From positions 120,001 to 152,000 of the forward strand of contig JBAZYK010000003.1 of assembly GCA_041659405.1 (NCBI GenBank): a stretch of DNA of 32,000 nt, in the 5' to 3' direction. Position numbers and translations under genes: made by a program. Below are positions 15,366 to 24,101 of the stretch, one piece after another. The notes beneath the pieces are model-generated. The model was not told where the DNA came from and made no database searches. It saw only the letters and a list, made by a program, of their open reading frames with translations. How positions within the stretch are numbered: the first letter of the stretch is position 1; every line of letters begins with the position of its first letter. Source of the stretch: Candidatus Altimarinota bacterium (lineage in GTDB: Bacteria; Patescibacteriota; Gracilibacteria; UBA1369).

Positions 15366-18300
15366 CTAAAACGCAAAGACCCTCACAATAATCTTGGCAG
15401 CTTCACCGCGGGTGAGGTTGTTGTTTGGCCCAAACAGGTTTAACGGGTTTCCCTGGCCGTCAACATATCCGGAGATAAAGCTGTGATCAACCGCAAACGA
15501 AATGTATCTATAATACCACGCTGTTGCAGAAACATCAGTAAAAGTTAGCGCGTTTCCATGAATTTCCTGATCGGCATAGATTGTTGCCAAGACGACTTTT
15601 AGGGCTTCTGCTCGAGTGATTTGGTTAAACGGCAGGAAGTAATTTTTGGAACCGACCACAACTCCCAATGATTTTGCTTTAGAAACGGCTGCACTAAACC
15701 AATCGGTTGTGTGTACATCAAAGAATGGATTTTCGGTGGCTGCCGGCAGTGTTGGGAACTGGCACTGCATCACAATTTTCACCAATTCCGCTCTGGAAAT
15801 TGTATCATTTGGTCGATATTCGTTAAGGAGATTCCCGTTTGCATCTTTATATCCTTGAACATCACATTTCTGCTGGAGTTTTTCGATATAGGTTTCAGCC
15901 CAATGGTTTTGGGTATCTGTGAAAAGTGCTTGCGCTACCGGTTGTGTTTGAGGTTGTTGCGCCGGTTGCGCTGGTTGATTATTCTGAGTTGGCTGAGTAT
16001 TAAAAATAACGCCACTGCCGCCGGTGGTAATCGTGAATGAATTAATTCCAAGTGCCGTACCGGCATTTCCGGTTGCATCGGTAACAAGAATAGTACAGCC
16101 GGAATGAGTTCCAAGACTCATTGATTGAAATGTAATAGTATTGTCACCGGAAATTGCGCTGGTGGTTAAGCTTAAACAACTTCCTGAATATGTGATTGTT
16201 CCAGCTTCATCAGAACTGAATGTATAATTAGGAGTTGAGTCGATGGTTGAACTTGGAACTGCGAGAACTTCGGCTAAAGTTGGGGCGGTATTATCGATTG
16301 TGAATGTGGATCCGCTTGTTGGAACGGCTGTGATAACATTTTCCGCGACATCGGTTCCAATCGACATTGAAACAGTTGCAGTTGCAATGTTTCCAGCCGG
16401 TACATCCAAATCATACGTATATTCCGTGGTACTAACTTTTGTCATGGCTGTTGCCGACAAAACCGCATTATCAACTGCAATTTTAACTACAGGTGAGTCT
16501 GCCATTGGTTCATTAAATGTTGCTTTGATTATTAATGTATTAGCGTTTCTAACTGATTCTGTTGAGGCGTATGTAACCCCGGCATCTTTTGAATATGTAA
16601 TCGCTGCGGTTGGCGCGGTTGTATCAAAAGTCACCGCTGTTCTGCTAACCGCTGTTGCGGCGTTTCCCGCGTCATCGGTTGCGTTGAATGCAAATGTATA
16701 GACGGCTCCGCTAACCAATCCGCTGGAATCACTCGTACATCCGTTTGTTGTATCCGAAAGATCCAAGTTCGCATGTGCTCCGGTATTTTTCGCTGTACCG
16801 ACTAACGTACAGGTATGCGGAGCGCTGCCATCTGCCGTTCCTGAAGTTTGTGAAATTAAAATTGTTCCACTCGCGACTGCTTCGCTCAATGTATAACTCA
16901 CATCGGATGAAGTGGTGACATTATTTATTGAAGTACTTGCGGTTGGGCTCACGCTGCTGAATACCGGGATAATTGTATCGATTGTGTAATCGCTTGTGTC
17001 GGTAACGGTTGTTTGGTTTCCTGCGTTGTCTGTAACGGTCACGGTCACATTGTTGGTTGCATCATCTTGGCTGTCCATGGCGCCGGATAGTGATGTTGTC
17101 CAAGTATCTGATGAATTACTTCCAACCAAAGCCGTATCGCCAGCTTTAAAGTTTGCCGCATTAAAACTCACGGAAGAAATCGTGTCCGTGTTATTGTCGC
17201 CGGTCGCAAGTGTATCGTCCCAGGTTGGCACTGCGGTATTTCCATTCTTAAACGCGCCGCCCGTTCCCGTTGCTCCCGTTACGGAAATATTTGCCGCGGT
17301 TAATGTGGGCGCGATATTATCAACCGTCGCATTGGTTGTATCCGCTGCCGTAGTTGCATTTCCCGCATCATCCGTCGCTGTCACGGAAACATTTCTGTTT
17401 GTAGTGTCGATTATGCCTGCAATAACAGGAAAAGTTGCCGTCCAGGTTCCACTTGAATTGGTTGCAGCGACTGCCGCTCCTCCTCCAAATTGGCTAAAAT
17501 CAACCGTAACGGTTGAAATTGTATCCGAGTTATTTTGTCCTCCAGCGGTATTATTCCAGGTTGCCGTTACAGTATCGTTAATCTTATACGCGCCGCCCGT
17601 TCCACTTCCTCCGGAAATTGAAATATATGCATCGGTCACAGTTGGCGGCAAAGTATCCACCGCAAAAGCTGAAGAATACATGGTTGTTCCGGTTGCTGTT
17701 CCGTTGTTTGGCGTGATCCGCAGCCAAACGGTTAAATCATTCGTGTTGGGAATATCCGTAGCCGCGTTCCAGGCAAATGTAAGGGCAACGGAGCCATCGT
17801 TATTTGTATCAATTCCGGAAATGGTATTGGTGGAAATAGTCACACCATTTCCCTCTCCATTTTCAGAAGCGGATGCAATTGTGGCGTTAACCCAGGTCAC
17901 ATTGTTTGTGGAATATTCTACAGAAACAGATGTTGTGCCCAAACCCGCATCAACAATTGTTGAAGTGGCGGTGACAAGAGACGCGGAAGTCTGCGAGGCA
18001 TTTGGTTTACTGGCGACCGGAGCGGTGGTGGCGGGAATGGTGGTGGTGTTGAGAATAACTTTCACATGGCCCACAGGGGAAGCTGAATCTGCTCCGGCAA
18101 TATCAGTTTTCCCATCTGCATTAAAATCACCTGTGACTAAAACCCAATTACCTCCTGTTGTATAGTCTGTCTTCGCACCAAAGGTTCCGTCTCCTACACC
18201 TAATAGGACTGAATCTTTGCTACCACTAATTCCTACAACAAGATCGGTTTCTCCATCTGCATTAAAGTCGCCTGTAGCTGTTCCAAATGTATGAGCCCCT

Positions 18301-19223
18301 ATAGCAGTATTTGCTGCCGCACCAAAAGTTCCATCTCCAGTGGGAGAACCTAAGAGAACTGAAATGTTATTATCAGCATAATTTGCCACAAAAAGATCGA
18401 GTATGCCATCTGCATTGAAGTAGCCTGCGGCCATAGAGATTGAATTACCTCCTGTAATGTAGTTTGCTGCCGCACCAAAAGTTCCAAGTCCCGTACCTAA
18501 TAAGACTGAGACGCCACCGGCAGTACCTTTTGCATCAGCCAGGTCAAGATTACCATCACCATTGAAGTCGCCCATAATCAAATATTGTGGACCAGTTCCC
18601 GCGGCATAGTTTGTTGCCGTACCAAAAGCTCCATTTCCATCACCTAATAAAACTGAAATGTTGTTCGTGCTAAAATTTACCACAGCTAAATCGAGCTTAC
18701 CATCACCATCAAAGTCGCCTGCAACAGCCACCATTGGAGCAGTCCCTACAGGGTAATTTACTGCTGTATTGAATGTCCCATCTCCTCTACCCAACAAAAT
18801 TGAGACATTGTTATCACTATAATTTGGCACAGCAAGATCAGTTTTGCCATCACCATTAAAGTCACCTGCAACTGATGAAATTGGATTTGCTCCTACAGCG
18901 TATGGCACCGCCGCACCAAAAGTCCCATTTCCAATGGAAGAACCCAACAGAACTGACACAGTGTTACCATAAACATCTGCTATAGAAAAATCAAAAATAC
19001 CATCTCCATTGAAATCACCTTTGGTTATTGAATACGAACCATCTCCTTCGTTATAACTCGCATCCGCAGCAAACGTCACCGCCGCATGCGCCGATTTTGT
19101 TGATAACCCTAAAAATCCTATCCCAATAAATAAAAAGGATAACGCAAAAATCCCTAACTTTTTTAAATTTGTTCCAAAGTTATAGACTGAATTATTTTCC
19201 ATTTGTTTTTTATTTTTTTGCAT
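15366..19223 (-). CDS. Large secreted cell-wall-anchored protein: signal peptide, seven FG-GAP/VCBS repeats, tandem Ig-like modules, Q/P linker, three C-terminal SLH domains
   Basis: The protein is 1285 aa with a signal peptide ending ...STKSAHA/AV. There are seven repeats of the GDFNGDGKTDLAV type. Repeated modules end in T(A/V)TD(D/N)AGN. The linker is QPAQPAQQPQTQP. The three SLH-like units are FTDTQNHWAETYIEKL..., FFDVHTTDWFSAAV...ITRAEALKVV, and FTDVSATAWYYRYI...LTRGEAAKIIVRV. Confidence 0.85.
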   Translation of the reverse strand: MQKNKKQMENNSVYNFGTNLKKLGIFALSFLFIGIGFLGLSTKSAHAAVTFAADASYNEGDGSYSITKGDFNGDGIFDFSIADVYGNTVSVLLGSSIGNGTFGAAVPYAVGANPISSVAGDFNGDGKTDLAVPNYSDNNVSILLGRGDGTFNTAVNYPVGTAPMVAVAGDFDGDGKLDLAVVNFSTNNISVLLGDGNGAFGTATNYAAGTGPQYLIMGDFNGDGNLDLADAKGTAGGVSVLLGTGLGTFGAAANYITGGNSISMAAGYFNADGILDLFVANYADNNISVLLGSPTGDGTFGAAANTAIGAHTFGTATGDFNADGETDLVVGISGSKDSVLLGVGDGTFGAKTDYTTGGNWVLVTGDFNADGKTDIAGADSASPVGHVKVILNTTTIPATTAPVASKPNASQTSASLVTATSTIVDAGLGTTSVSVEYSTNNVTWVNATIASASENGEGNGVTISTNTISGIDTNNDGSVALTFAWNAATDIPNTNDLTVWLRITPNNGTATGTTMYSSAFAVDTLPPTVTDAYISISGGSGTGGAYKINDTVTATWNNTAGGQNNSDTISTVTVDFSQFGGGAAVAATNSSGTWTATFPVIAGIIDTTNRNVSVTATDDAGNATTAADTTNATVDNIAPTLTAANISVTGATGTGGAFKNGNTAVPTWDDTLATGDNNTDTISSVSFNAANFKAGDTALVGSNSSDTWTTSLSGAMDSQDDATNNVTVTVTDNAGNQTTVTDTSDYTIDTIIPVFSSVSPTASTSINNVTTSSDVSYTLSEAVASGTILISQTSGTADGSAPHTCTLVGTAKNTGAHANLDLSDTTNGCTSDSSGLVSGAVYTFAFNATDDAGNAATAVSRTAVTFDTTAPTAAITYSKDAGVTYASTESVRNANTLIIKATFNEPMADSPVVKIAVDNAVLSATAMTKVSTTEYTYDLDVPAGNIATATVSMSIGTDVAENVITAVPTSGSTFTIDNTAPTLAEVLAVPSSTIDSTPNYTFSSDEAGTITYSGSCLSLTTSAISGDNTITFQSMSLGTHSGCTILVTDATGNAGTALGINSFTITTGGSGVIFNTQPTQNNQPAQPAQQPQTQPVAQALFTDTQNHWAETYIEKLQQKCDVQGYKDANGNLLNEYRPNDTISRAELVKIVMQCQFPTLPAATENPFFDVHTTDWFSAAVSKAKSLGVVVGSKNYFLPFNQITRAEALKVVLATIYADQEIHGNALTFTDVSATAWYYRYISFAVDHSFISGYVDGQGNPLNLFGPNNNLTRGEAAKIIVRVFAF
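16608..16940 (-). repeat. 333-bp tract identical base-for-base to 30104..30436 (direct orientation, offset 13496)
   Basis: I aligned the two gene sequences by eye. There is no mismatch between these coordinates. Mismatches occur immediately outside, at 16607/30103 and 16941/30437. Confidence 0.9.
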
Positions 19224-19285
19224 TGAAAAAACCTTACCTTTTATCTACTAAAAGACCAAAGAAAATATACACGAAAACGGCCCAC

Positions 19286-19311
19286 AAAAACAACCCAAAA
19301 AGGTTGTTTTT
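19286..19311 (-). terminator. Putative terminator hairpin at the uvrB 3' end
   Basis: A 10-bp stem, aaaaacaacc / ggttgttttt, with a 6-nt loop abuts and overlaps the uvrB stop codon. The stem is A/U-rich, so the call is of moderate strength. Confidence 0.4.
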
Positions 19312-21328
19312 ACAATTTAAACTCCTCCCTAATCTGCTCGATTTCATCACGAAGTTCTGCCGCTTTTTCGAATTCCATATTTTGTGAAGCCATGTCCATT
19401 TGCGCTCCCAGTTCCTCCAAAAAGCGTTTCATTTCTTCACGCGGGACTTTCTTTGGATCAATATGACGTTCACCTTTTGCCGCCCCTTTATTATGTTCCA
19501 TCGCAATATCCTTAATCGCCTTCACAATTGTTTGCGGAGTAATTCCATGTTTTTTATTGTAATCCGATTGAATTTTTCTACGACGATTTGTCTCATCCAT
19601 CGCCTTTTTCATGGCATCGGTTACATGGTGCGCATACATCACCACAAATCCGTTAATGTTACGGGCACAACGACCAATGGTTTGAATAAGTGCCGGCGCC
19701 GAGCGCAAAAAACCCTGTTTATCCGCATCCAAAATCGCAATAAAAGAAACTTCCGGCAAATCCAAACCTTCACGCAATAAGTTAATACCGACCAAAACAT
19801 CAAACTTCCCAAGACGTAAATCACGCAAAATTTCAATACGTTCCATGGTGTCGATATCCGAATGCAAATATTTCACTTTCACACCAACATCGGTCAAATA
19901 TTCGGTCAGATCTTCCGATGAACGTTTGGTTAAAGTTGTAATCAGCACACGCTCTTTTTTGGCGACGCGTTTTTGAATTTCATTGATCAAATCATCAATC
20001 TGATGTTCACTTGGACGAACCTCAACTTCCGGATCTATAAGCCCTGTTGGACGAATAATTTGCTCAACAACATTGCCCCCGACTTTTTCCGAACTCAAAC
20101 CAAAAACAAGCTCTTTTGCGCCCGCTTTTTTAAGTTCATATTGAGCCGGAGTCGCTGAAACATAAATCACCTGATTAATGGCCTCTTCAAATTCATCAAA
20201 CTTTAGCGGACGATTATCATGCGCGGAAGGAAGACGGAAACCATAATCAACCAAAGTCTGTTTGCGTGAATAATTTCCATTAAACATTCCCCCAACCTGC
20301 GGAATTGTCATGTGTGATTCATCAATAATCATCAAATAATCATCCGGAAAATAATCCAATAAAGTGGCTGTAGGAGCGCCCGGAGCCCGTTTGCTAAAAT
20401 AACGTGTATAGTTTTCAATTCCCGTTGTATAACCCGTTTCCAGCAAAATTTCCAAATCATATTCGGTGCGGGTTTTAATGCGTTCCGCTTCCAGCATTTT
20501 GCCCTGAGCCCTAAGCTCGTCATATCGAATCACCAAATCTTCACGAATTCGTGCAGCAGCAGCCTGAATTTTATCTTTACTGGTCACATCATGCTTGGCC
20601 GGAAATATTTTAACCGATTGCAGCTCCCGAATTTCTTCACCCGTAAACGAATCGGCCTCACTGATGCGCTCAATCTCATCTCCAAAAAACTCCAAACGGA
20701 AAATCGTATCACGATCCGGTGGAAAAATTTCCACAGTATCGCCCAAAACATGGAACATACCCTGTTTAAAATCCATCTGCGAACGGGAATATTGGATGTC
20801 ACTAAGCTGTCTTAAAAGTTTGTCACGCTTGCGCTCGTCCCCCACCTTAATTTCCATGGCGAATTTGGAGTAATCCTCAACATCACCCAAACCATAAATA
20901 CATGATACCGAAGCCACAATCAAGACATCACGGCGCGTTAATAAATTCACCGTAGCCGCATGACGAAATTTGTTAATTTCTTCATTGATGGACGCGTCTT
21001 TTTCAATATAAGTGTCCGTAGACGGCAAATACGCTTCCGGCTGATAATAATCGTAATAAGAAACAAAGTAGCTGACCGCGTTATTCGGGAAAAATTCCTT
21101 AAACTCCGCGCAAAGCTGAGCCGCCAAAGTTTTGTTATGAGCAAGCACCAAAGTTGGCCTCTGCACCTGCTGAACCACGTTTGCAATAGTGAAAGTTTTC
21201 CCGGACCCCGTCACCCCAAGCAAAACCTGCTGCTTCTCCCCTTTTTCCAGATTCTTGATCAAATAATCAATCGCTTGTGGCTGATCTCCGGTCGGCTTAA
21301 ACGGTGAGACTAACTCAAATTTACTCAT
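19310..21328 (-). CDS. uvrB: Excinuclease ABC subunit B
   Basis: The 672-aa protein matches UvrB over its full length. Features include the N-terminus [20 protein letters not shown], Walker [11 protein letters not shown], the box IIDESH, and the C-terminal UVR motif [11 protein letters not shown]. Confidence 0.97.
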   Translation of the reverse strand: MSKFELVSPFKPTGDQPQAIDYLIKNLEKGEKQQVLLGVTGSGKTFTIANVVQQVQRPTLVLAHNKTLAAQLCAEFKEFFPNNAVSYFVSYYDYYQPEAYLPSTDTYIEKDASINEEINKFRHAATVNLLTRRDVLIVASVSCIYGLGDVEDYSKFAMEIKVGDERKRDKLLRQLSDIQYSRSQMDFKQGMFHVLGDTVEIFPPDRDTIFRLEFFGDEIERISEADSFTGEEIRELQSVKIFPAKHDVTSKDKIQAAAARIREDLVIRYDELRAQGKMLEAERIKTRTEYDLEILLETGYTTGIENYTRYFSKRAPGAPTATLLDYFPDDYLMIIDESHMTIPQVGGMFNGNYSRKQTLVDYGFRLPSAHDNRPLKFDEFEEAINQVIYVSATPAQYELKKAGAKELVFGLSSEKVGGNVVEQIIRPTGLIDPEVEVRPSEHQIDDLINEIQKRVAKKERVLITTLTKRSSEDLTEYLTDVGVKVKYLHSDIDTMERIEILRDLRLGKFDVLVGINLLREGLDLPEVSFIAILDADKQGFLRSAPALIQTIGRCARNINGFVVMYAHHVTDAMKKAMDETNRRRKIQSDYNKKHGITPQTIVKAIKDIAMEHNKGAAKGERHIDPKKVPREEMKRFLEELGAQMDMASQNMEFEKAAELRDEIEQIREEFKL

Positions 21329-21457
21329 GACAAAAAACTTAGCTAAATAAAACAGCTTTTTCAGGATAGCTGAGCTATTTTAGACATGTAACCAATAAAA
21401 AGCAAGAGCGGTAGCCTAAAATGGGTACTTCGGGATCATCCGCGGGGCCATACCCGT

Positions 21458-22243
21458 TTATCCCACAGGTTTAAATGAATCCACCACATCCTGCATCACC
21501 CGATAAAGAAAATTATTTTTATACGGTTCAGAAACCATAATTTGCCCTGCCGATTTAAACATTGTCCCCAATCTAACCACCAGCCGCTCAGTAACTTCAA
21601 GCAACTGTTTATTATTCCAACCCCTTAATGCAATATTTGAAAAAAGAAAACGAAATATTTCATCAGAATAAGATTTCATTTGTTTGAACAAATGCGGATG
21701 ACGATATTCGGCAAGCTCAAGCGCTCCCTGCACCAAAGATTTTCGCGAAGATTGCTCCGCCGCAAAATCAGCCTCCCAATCTCCAAGCCTTCCCCTAACT
21801 TCTGTCTGCACTCTTTCAACCCGATATATTGCTTCCAGGCTCTTTTCCGGCTCCGATTTATCTTGCCCCCTCGGAAACAAAATAGCTTCAAATTTTGCCA
21901 TTACAGCATCTAAACGCGACCTCTTTCTTTGATGCTCTTCCTCAAAACCATCTCCGTTAAAAAAATCCTGTAAAGAGGGAATTTGGCAGCCGGAAGCTAT
22001 TTTTTGCAAAAAAGAAATCTCAAATTCTGCCAGCGGAGAGTCTGGATAATGTTGAAAGTGATGTCGAATACCTGCAAATAATCGCTCTTCAACAGAACTT
22101 CTACTTTCCCCGGAAAAATCAATCCAAATCCGCGTTAACTCTTTCCACTCCTCAGAAAACAAAATTTCCGACATTGGTGCCAACAACTCTTCCGGCACAG
22201 CTGAAGTCGCAATTGGAGCCGCGGGCGCACCACTCAAAGCCAT
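21458..22243 (-). CDS. Hypothetical protein (predicted all-alpha, no family recognised)
   Basis: The track ORF begins at a TTG at 22267. The first ATG is at 22243 (MALSGAPAAP...), which gives 261 aa. I recognise no motifs. Confidence 0.55.
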   Translation of the reverse strand: MALSGAPAAPIATSAVPEELLAPMSEILFSEEWKELTRIWIDFSGESRSSVEERLFAGIRHHFQHYPDSPLAEFEISFLQKIASGCQIPSLQDFFNGDGFEEEHQRKRSRLDAVMAKFEAILFPRGQDKSEPEKSLEAIYRVERVQTEVRGRLGDWEADFAAEQSSRKSLVQGALELAEYRHPHLFKQMKSYSDEIFRFLFSNIALRGWNNKQLLEVTERLVVRLGTMFKSAGQIMVSEPYKNNFLYRVMQDVVDSFKPVG

Positions 22244-22396
22244 AATCCAAAAAATACGTATAAACAAAACCGTGATACCACAATCAAAGTCCCGCAGACA
22301 ACCCTAAAACAAGATCTAAAGCCATAAACTTTCTATTTAAGTCCTTCTCGTATATACTGCATACGGTTTTCTTTATTATTTTACCTCACTACACCT

Positions 22397-22639
22397 ATGG
22401 TAAAACACAAACCAATGTGCTGGGTTGTCAGCCTTTTAGTTGTTGTCGGTGGTCTTAACTGGGGTCTTGTAGGCCTTGGCAGTCTAATGGGATCAGGAAC
22501 AAACCTAAACGTTGTTAACCTTCTTTTGGGAAGTGTCCCAATGGTAGAATCAATCGTTTACCTTCTAGTAGGTGTTGCAGCTCTATTAATGGGCTACATG
22601 TTCTTCACAGAAAAAACCTGCGCCTGCGAAAAAATGTAA
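22397..22639 (+). CDS. DUF378-family small membrane protein
   Basis: The protein is 80 aa with two TM helices. It has the signature VVGGLNWGLVGLG...NLVNLLLG...IVYLLVGVAAL that I associate with DUF378. Confidence 0.75.
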   Translation: MVKHKPMCWVVSLLVVVGGLNWGLVGLGSLMGSGTNLNVVNLLLGSVPMVESIVYLLVGVAALLMGYMFFTEKTCACEKM

Positions 22640-22661
22640 TTTTAAAAATTGAAATCAAAAA

Positions 22662-22691
22662 GGGCTTCGCTACAAGCGGAGCTCTTTTTTT
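22662..22691. terminator. Bidirectional intrinsic terminator between convergent genes
   Basis: The stem gggcttcgc / gcggagctc is 9 bp including two G-U pairs, with loop tacaa. It is followed by T7 on the + strand and preceded by A5, which reads as a T-run on the - strand. Confidence 0.65.
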
Positions 22692-22854
22692 ATGAAGATT
22701 TCAAACTATCCAAATAAGATTTCATTTCTGCCAAATTCTTAGTTTCTTTAACCTTACGCCCTTTCTTTGCATCTTCGGAAGCCACCAAAACCGCATCCTC
22801 CTGTGCGAGAGTTAAGCCATTCGCAGTCAAAAGTTTAAGATGAATAGTAGCCAT
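22690..22854 (-). CDS. Small 54-aa ORF coupled to the 308-aa orphan gene (below the ORF-track cutoff)
   Basis: I translated it manually as MATIHLKLLTANGLTLAQEDAVLVASEDAKKGRKVKETKNLAEMKSYLDSLKSS. Its ATG at 22854 lies 3 nt after the upstream gene's stop (TAA-TCT-ATG). Its own stop abuts the bidirectional terminator. Confidence 0.35.
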   Translation of the reverse strand: MATIHLKLLTANGLTLAQEDAVLVASEDAKKGRKVKETKNLAEMKSYLDSLKSS

Positions 22855-22857
22855 AGA

Positions 22858-23784
22858 TTATGCATTTAAACAGGCAATCAAACAACCTCTAAGGTCTGCG
22901 TCCCGATTACTCATTTCTTCTGGAATTTCAAGCCCTTCTTCGCGCATTGCCCTAATGGGTTTTATCCATGCAAACACTGGAATACGATCATCACCACCCC
23001 TGGAAAGATAATCTCGAATTAGCGGAAATGCAGCAGCTCGGCCTAATGCAACAATATCAGCTATAGCATCAGGATCCTCAGAGGCAAAGTAATTAGAGTT
23101 TGATTCCACAGCATCACAATGCTTTTCCCAACGCGTCACCGCGTCAGTGAATTTAGTTTCAAGAGGTGTCATTTCAGCTAATTGCGCTGGATTTTGCCTA
23201 GCTAATTCCGCCAATATTTCATCTAATTCATTCGGGATTAATGAAGTTCTTCTAGGATCTAAAGGTTCGTAATGATCATCATTTTTATCAACCATCCAAT
23301 TACGATAAGGATGATCCCACTGACAAGCTTCAGCAGTATTCCCCTGAGCATCAAGCGTAAAGATTCTACATTGACCAAGCCCTTCCTCGGAAATATTTTG
23401 GACAATTCTATACCCTTCCACATCTGACACGCGACGAGCCATTTCAATATCTTTAGGCAAATCGACAGTATCTCCCAACTCAGCAAAAAATTTTCCATCA
23501 TTTCCCATACCTAAAGCTCTCACTTTTGCCCTAGTCCAATTTCGCATTTCAAATTCCAAAAAATTTGCCGGCACAGCATATAAACGTGGATGAAAAGCCT
23601 CAGAAGTTTTTGGAATAAGTCGCTCCAAATATACATCATGTGCTCCACCAAAAAACTTTAAATCCACTGTTTCATGAACATTATCACCCAAAAGACGTTC
23701 TAAAATTTCCTTTCGCTTGGCAGCAATTTTAGGATCAGCTTCAATTGAACTTTCTTGATGATCTCCCGTCTGAGCTTCCGTCAT
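22858..23784 (-). CDS. Hypothetical acidic 308-aa protein (possible HEAT-like C-terminal segment), no family recognised
   Basis: The ORF is clean and starts at an ATG. The C-terminal segment DPDAIADIVALGRAAAFPLIRDYLSRGGDDRIPVFAWIKPIRAM weakly resembles HEAT/PBS-lyase repeats. Confidence 0.6.
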   Translation of the reverse strand: MTEAQTGDHQESSIEADPKIAAKRKEILERLLGDNVHETVDLKFFGGAHDVYLERLIPKTSEAFHPRLYAVPANFLEFEMRNWTRAKVRALGMGNDGKFFAELGDTVDLPKDIEMARRVSDVEGYRIVQNISEEGLGQCRIFTLDAQGNTAEACQWDHPYRNWMVDKNDDHYEPLDPRRTSLIPNELDEILAELARQNPAQLAEMTPLETKFTDAVTRWEKHCDAVESNSNYFASEDPDAIADIVALGRAAAFPLIRDYLSRGGDDRIPVFAWIKPIRAMREEGLEIPEEMSNRDADLRGCLIACLNA

Positions 23785-23854
23785 AAAATATAAATTTTAA
23801 AATAAACACCCAGAATCTAGCACCCAGTCCCCCTTAATGCAAACACAAGCCAAA

Positions 23855-24028
23855 TTACCCCTCAAAAAAATTCCCAACAGCATCCTTACCAAAACCCATC
23901 CCCACGTTTTGCAATCTTTTTAACATCAAGTCAAATACACCGCAGCAGCAAGCCGAAATTACGTCCTTCGTCAACGAAGCCGCGAATACAAAAGAAATTT
24001 TTAAAAAAGCAAATTGCCACTCATGCAT
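23855..24028 (-). CDS. Possible 57-aa small ORF (hydrophobic N-terminus, CCC motif) upstream of the 308-aa gene; very uncertain
   Basis: I translated it manually as MHEWQFAFLKISFVFAASLTKDVISACCCGVFDLMLKRLQNVGMGFGKDAVGNFFEG. It is below the ORF-track cutoff and has no supporting motif. The region could equally be a G-rich 5' UTR. Confidence 0.2.
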   Translation of the reverse strand: MHEWQFAFLKISFVFAASLTKDVISACCCGVFDLMLKRLQNVGMGFGKDAVGNFFEG

Positions 24029-24101
24029 GGAATTTTATGGGGAAGCAAACAGCTCTCCCAACCTAAACCCCAACAAATTTTTCTCGTTGCGCCCTGCGTC
24101 T

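Noticed and set aside
16608-17310. A diversity-generating retroelement (template/variable repeat pair) as the explanation for the two similar tracts in the surface-protein genes.
   Set aside because: The mismatches in the diverged flanks involve all four bases rather than adenine-specific substitutions. No reverse transcriptase gene is present in the window. Both copies are coding parts of full paralogues.
16243-18165. Long + strand ORFs (152 aa at 16243..16701 and 389 aa at 16996..18165) antisense to the surface-protein gene. The same occurs at 30492..31040, 31119..31544 and 28790..29224 in the paralogue.
   Set aside because: Their products are V/A/S/T-rich low-complexity mirror images of the T/A/G/N-rich - strand protein, which has clear FG-GAP, Ig-like and SLH motifs. 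Open antisense frames are expected from this codon composition.
21329-21457. A possible tRNA or small RNA in the uvrB upstream spacer (gggta...taccc pairing around 21412-21447).
   Set aside because: I could not build a cloverleaf, there is no T-loop GTTCRA-like motif, and the pairing is short. The spacer more likely holds the uvrB promoter and a weak terminator.
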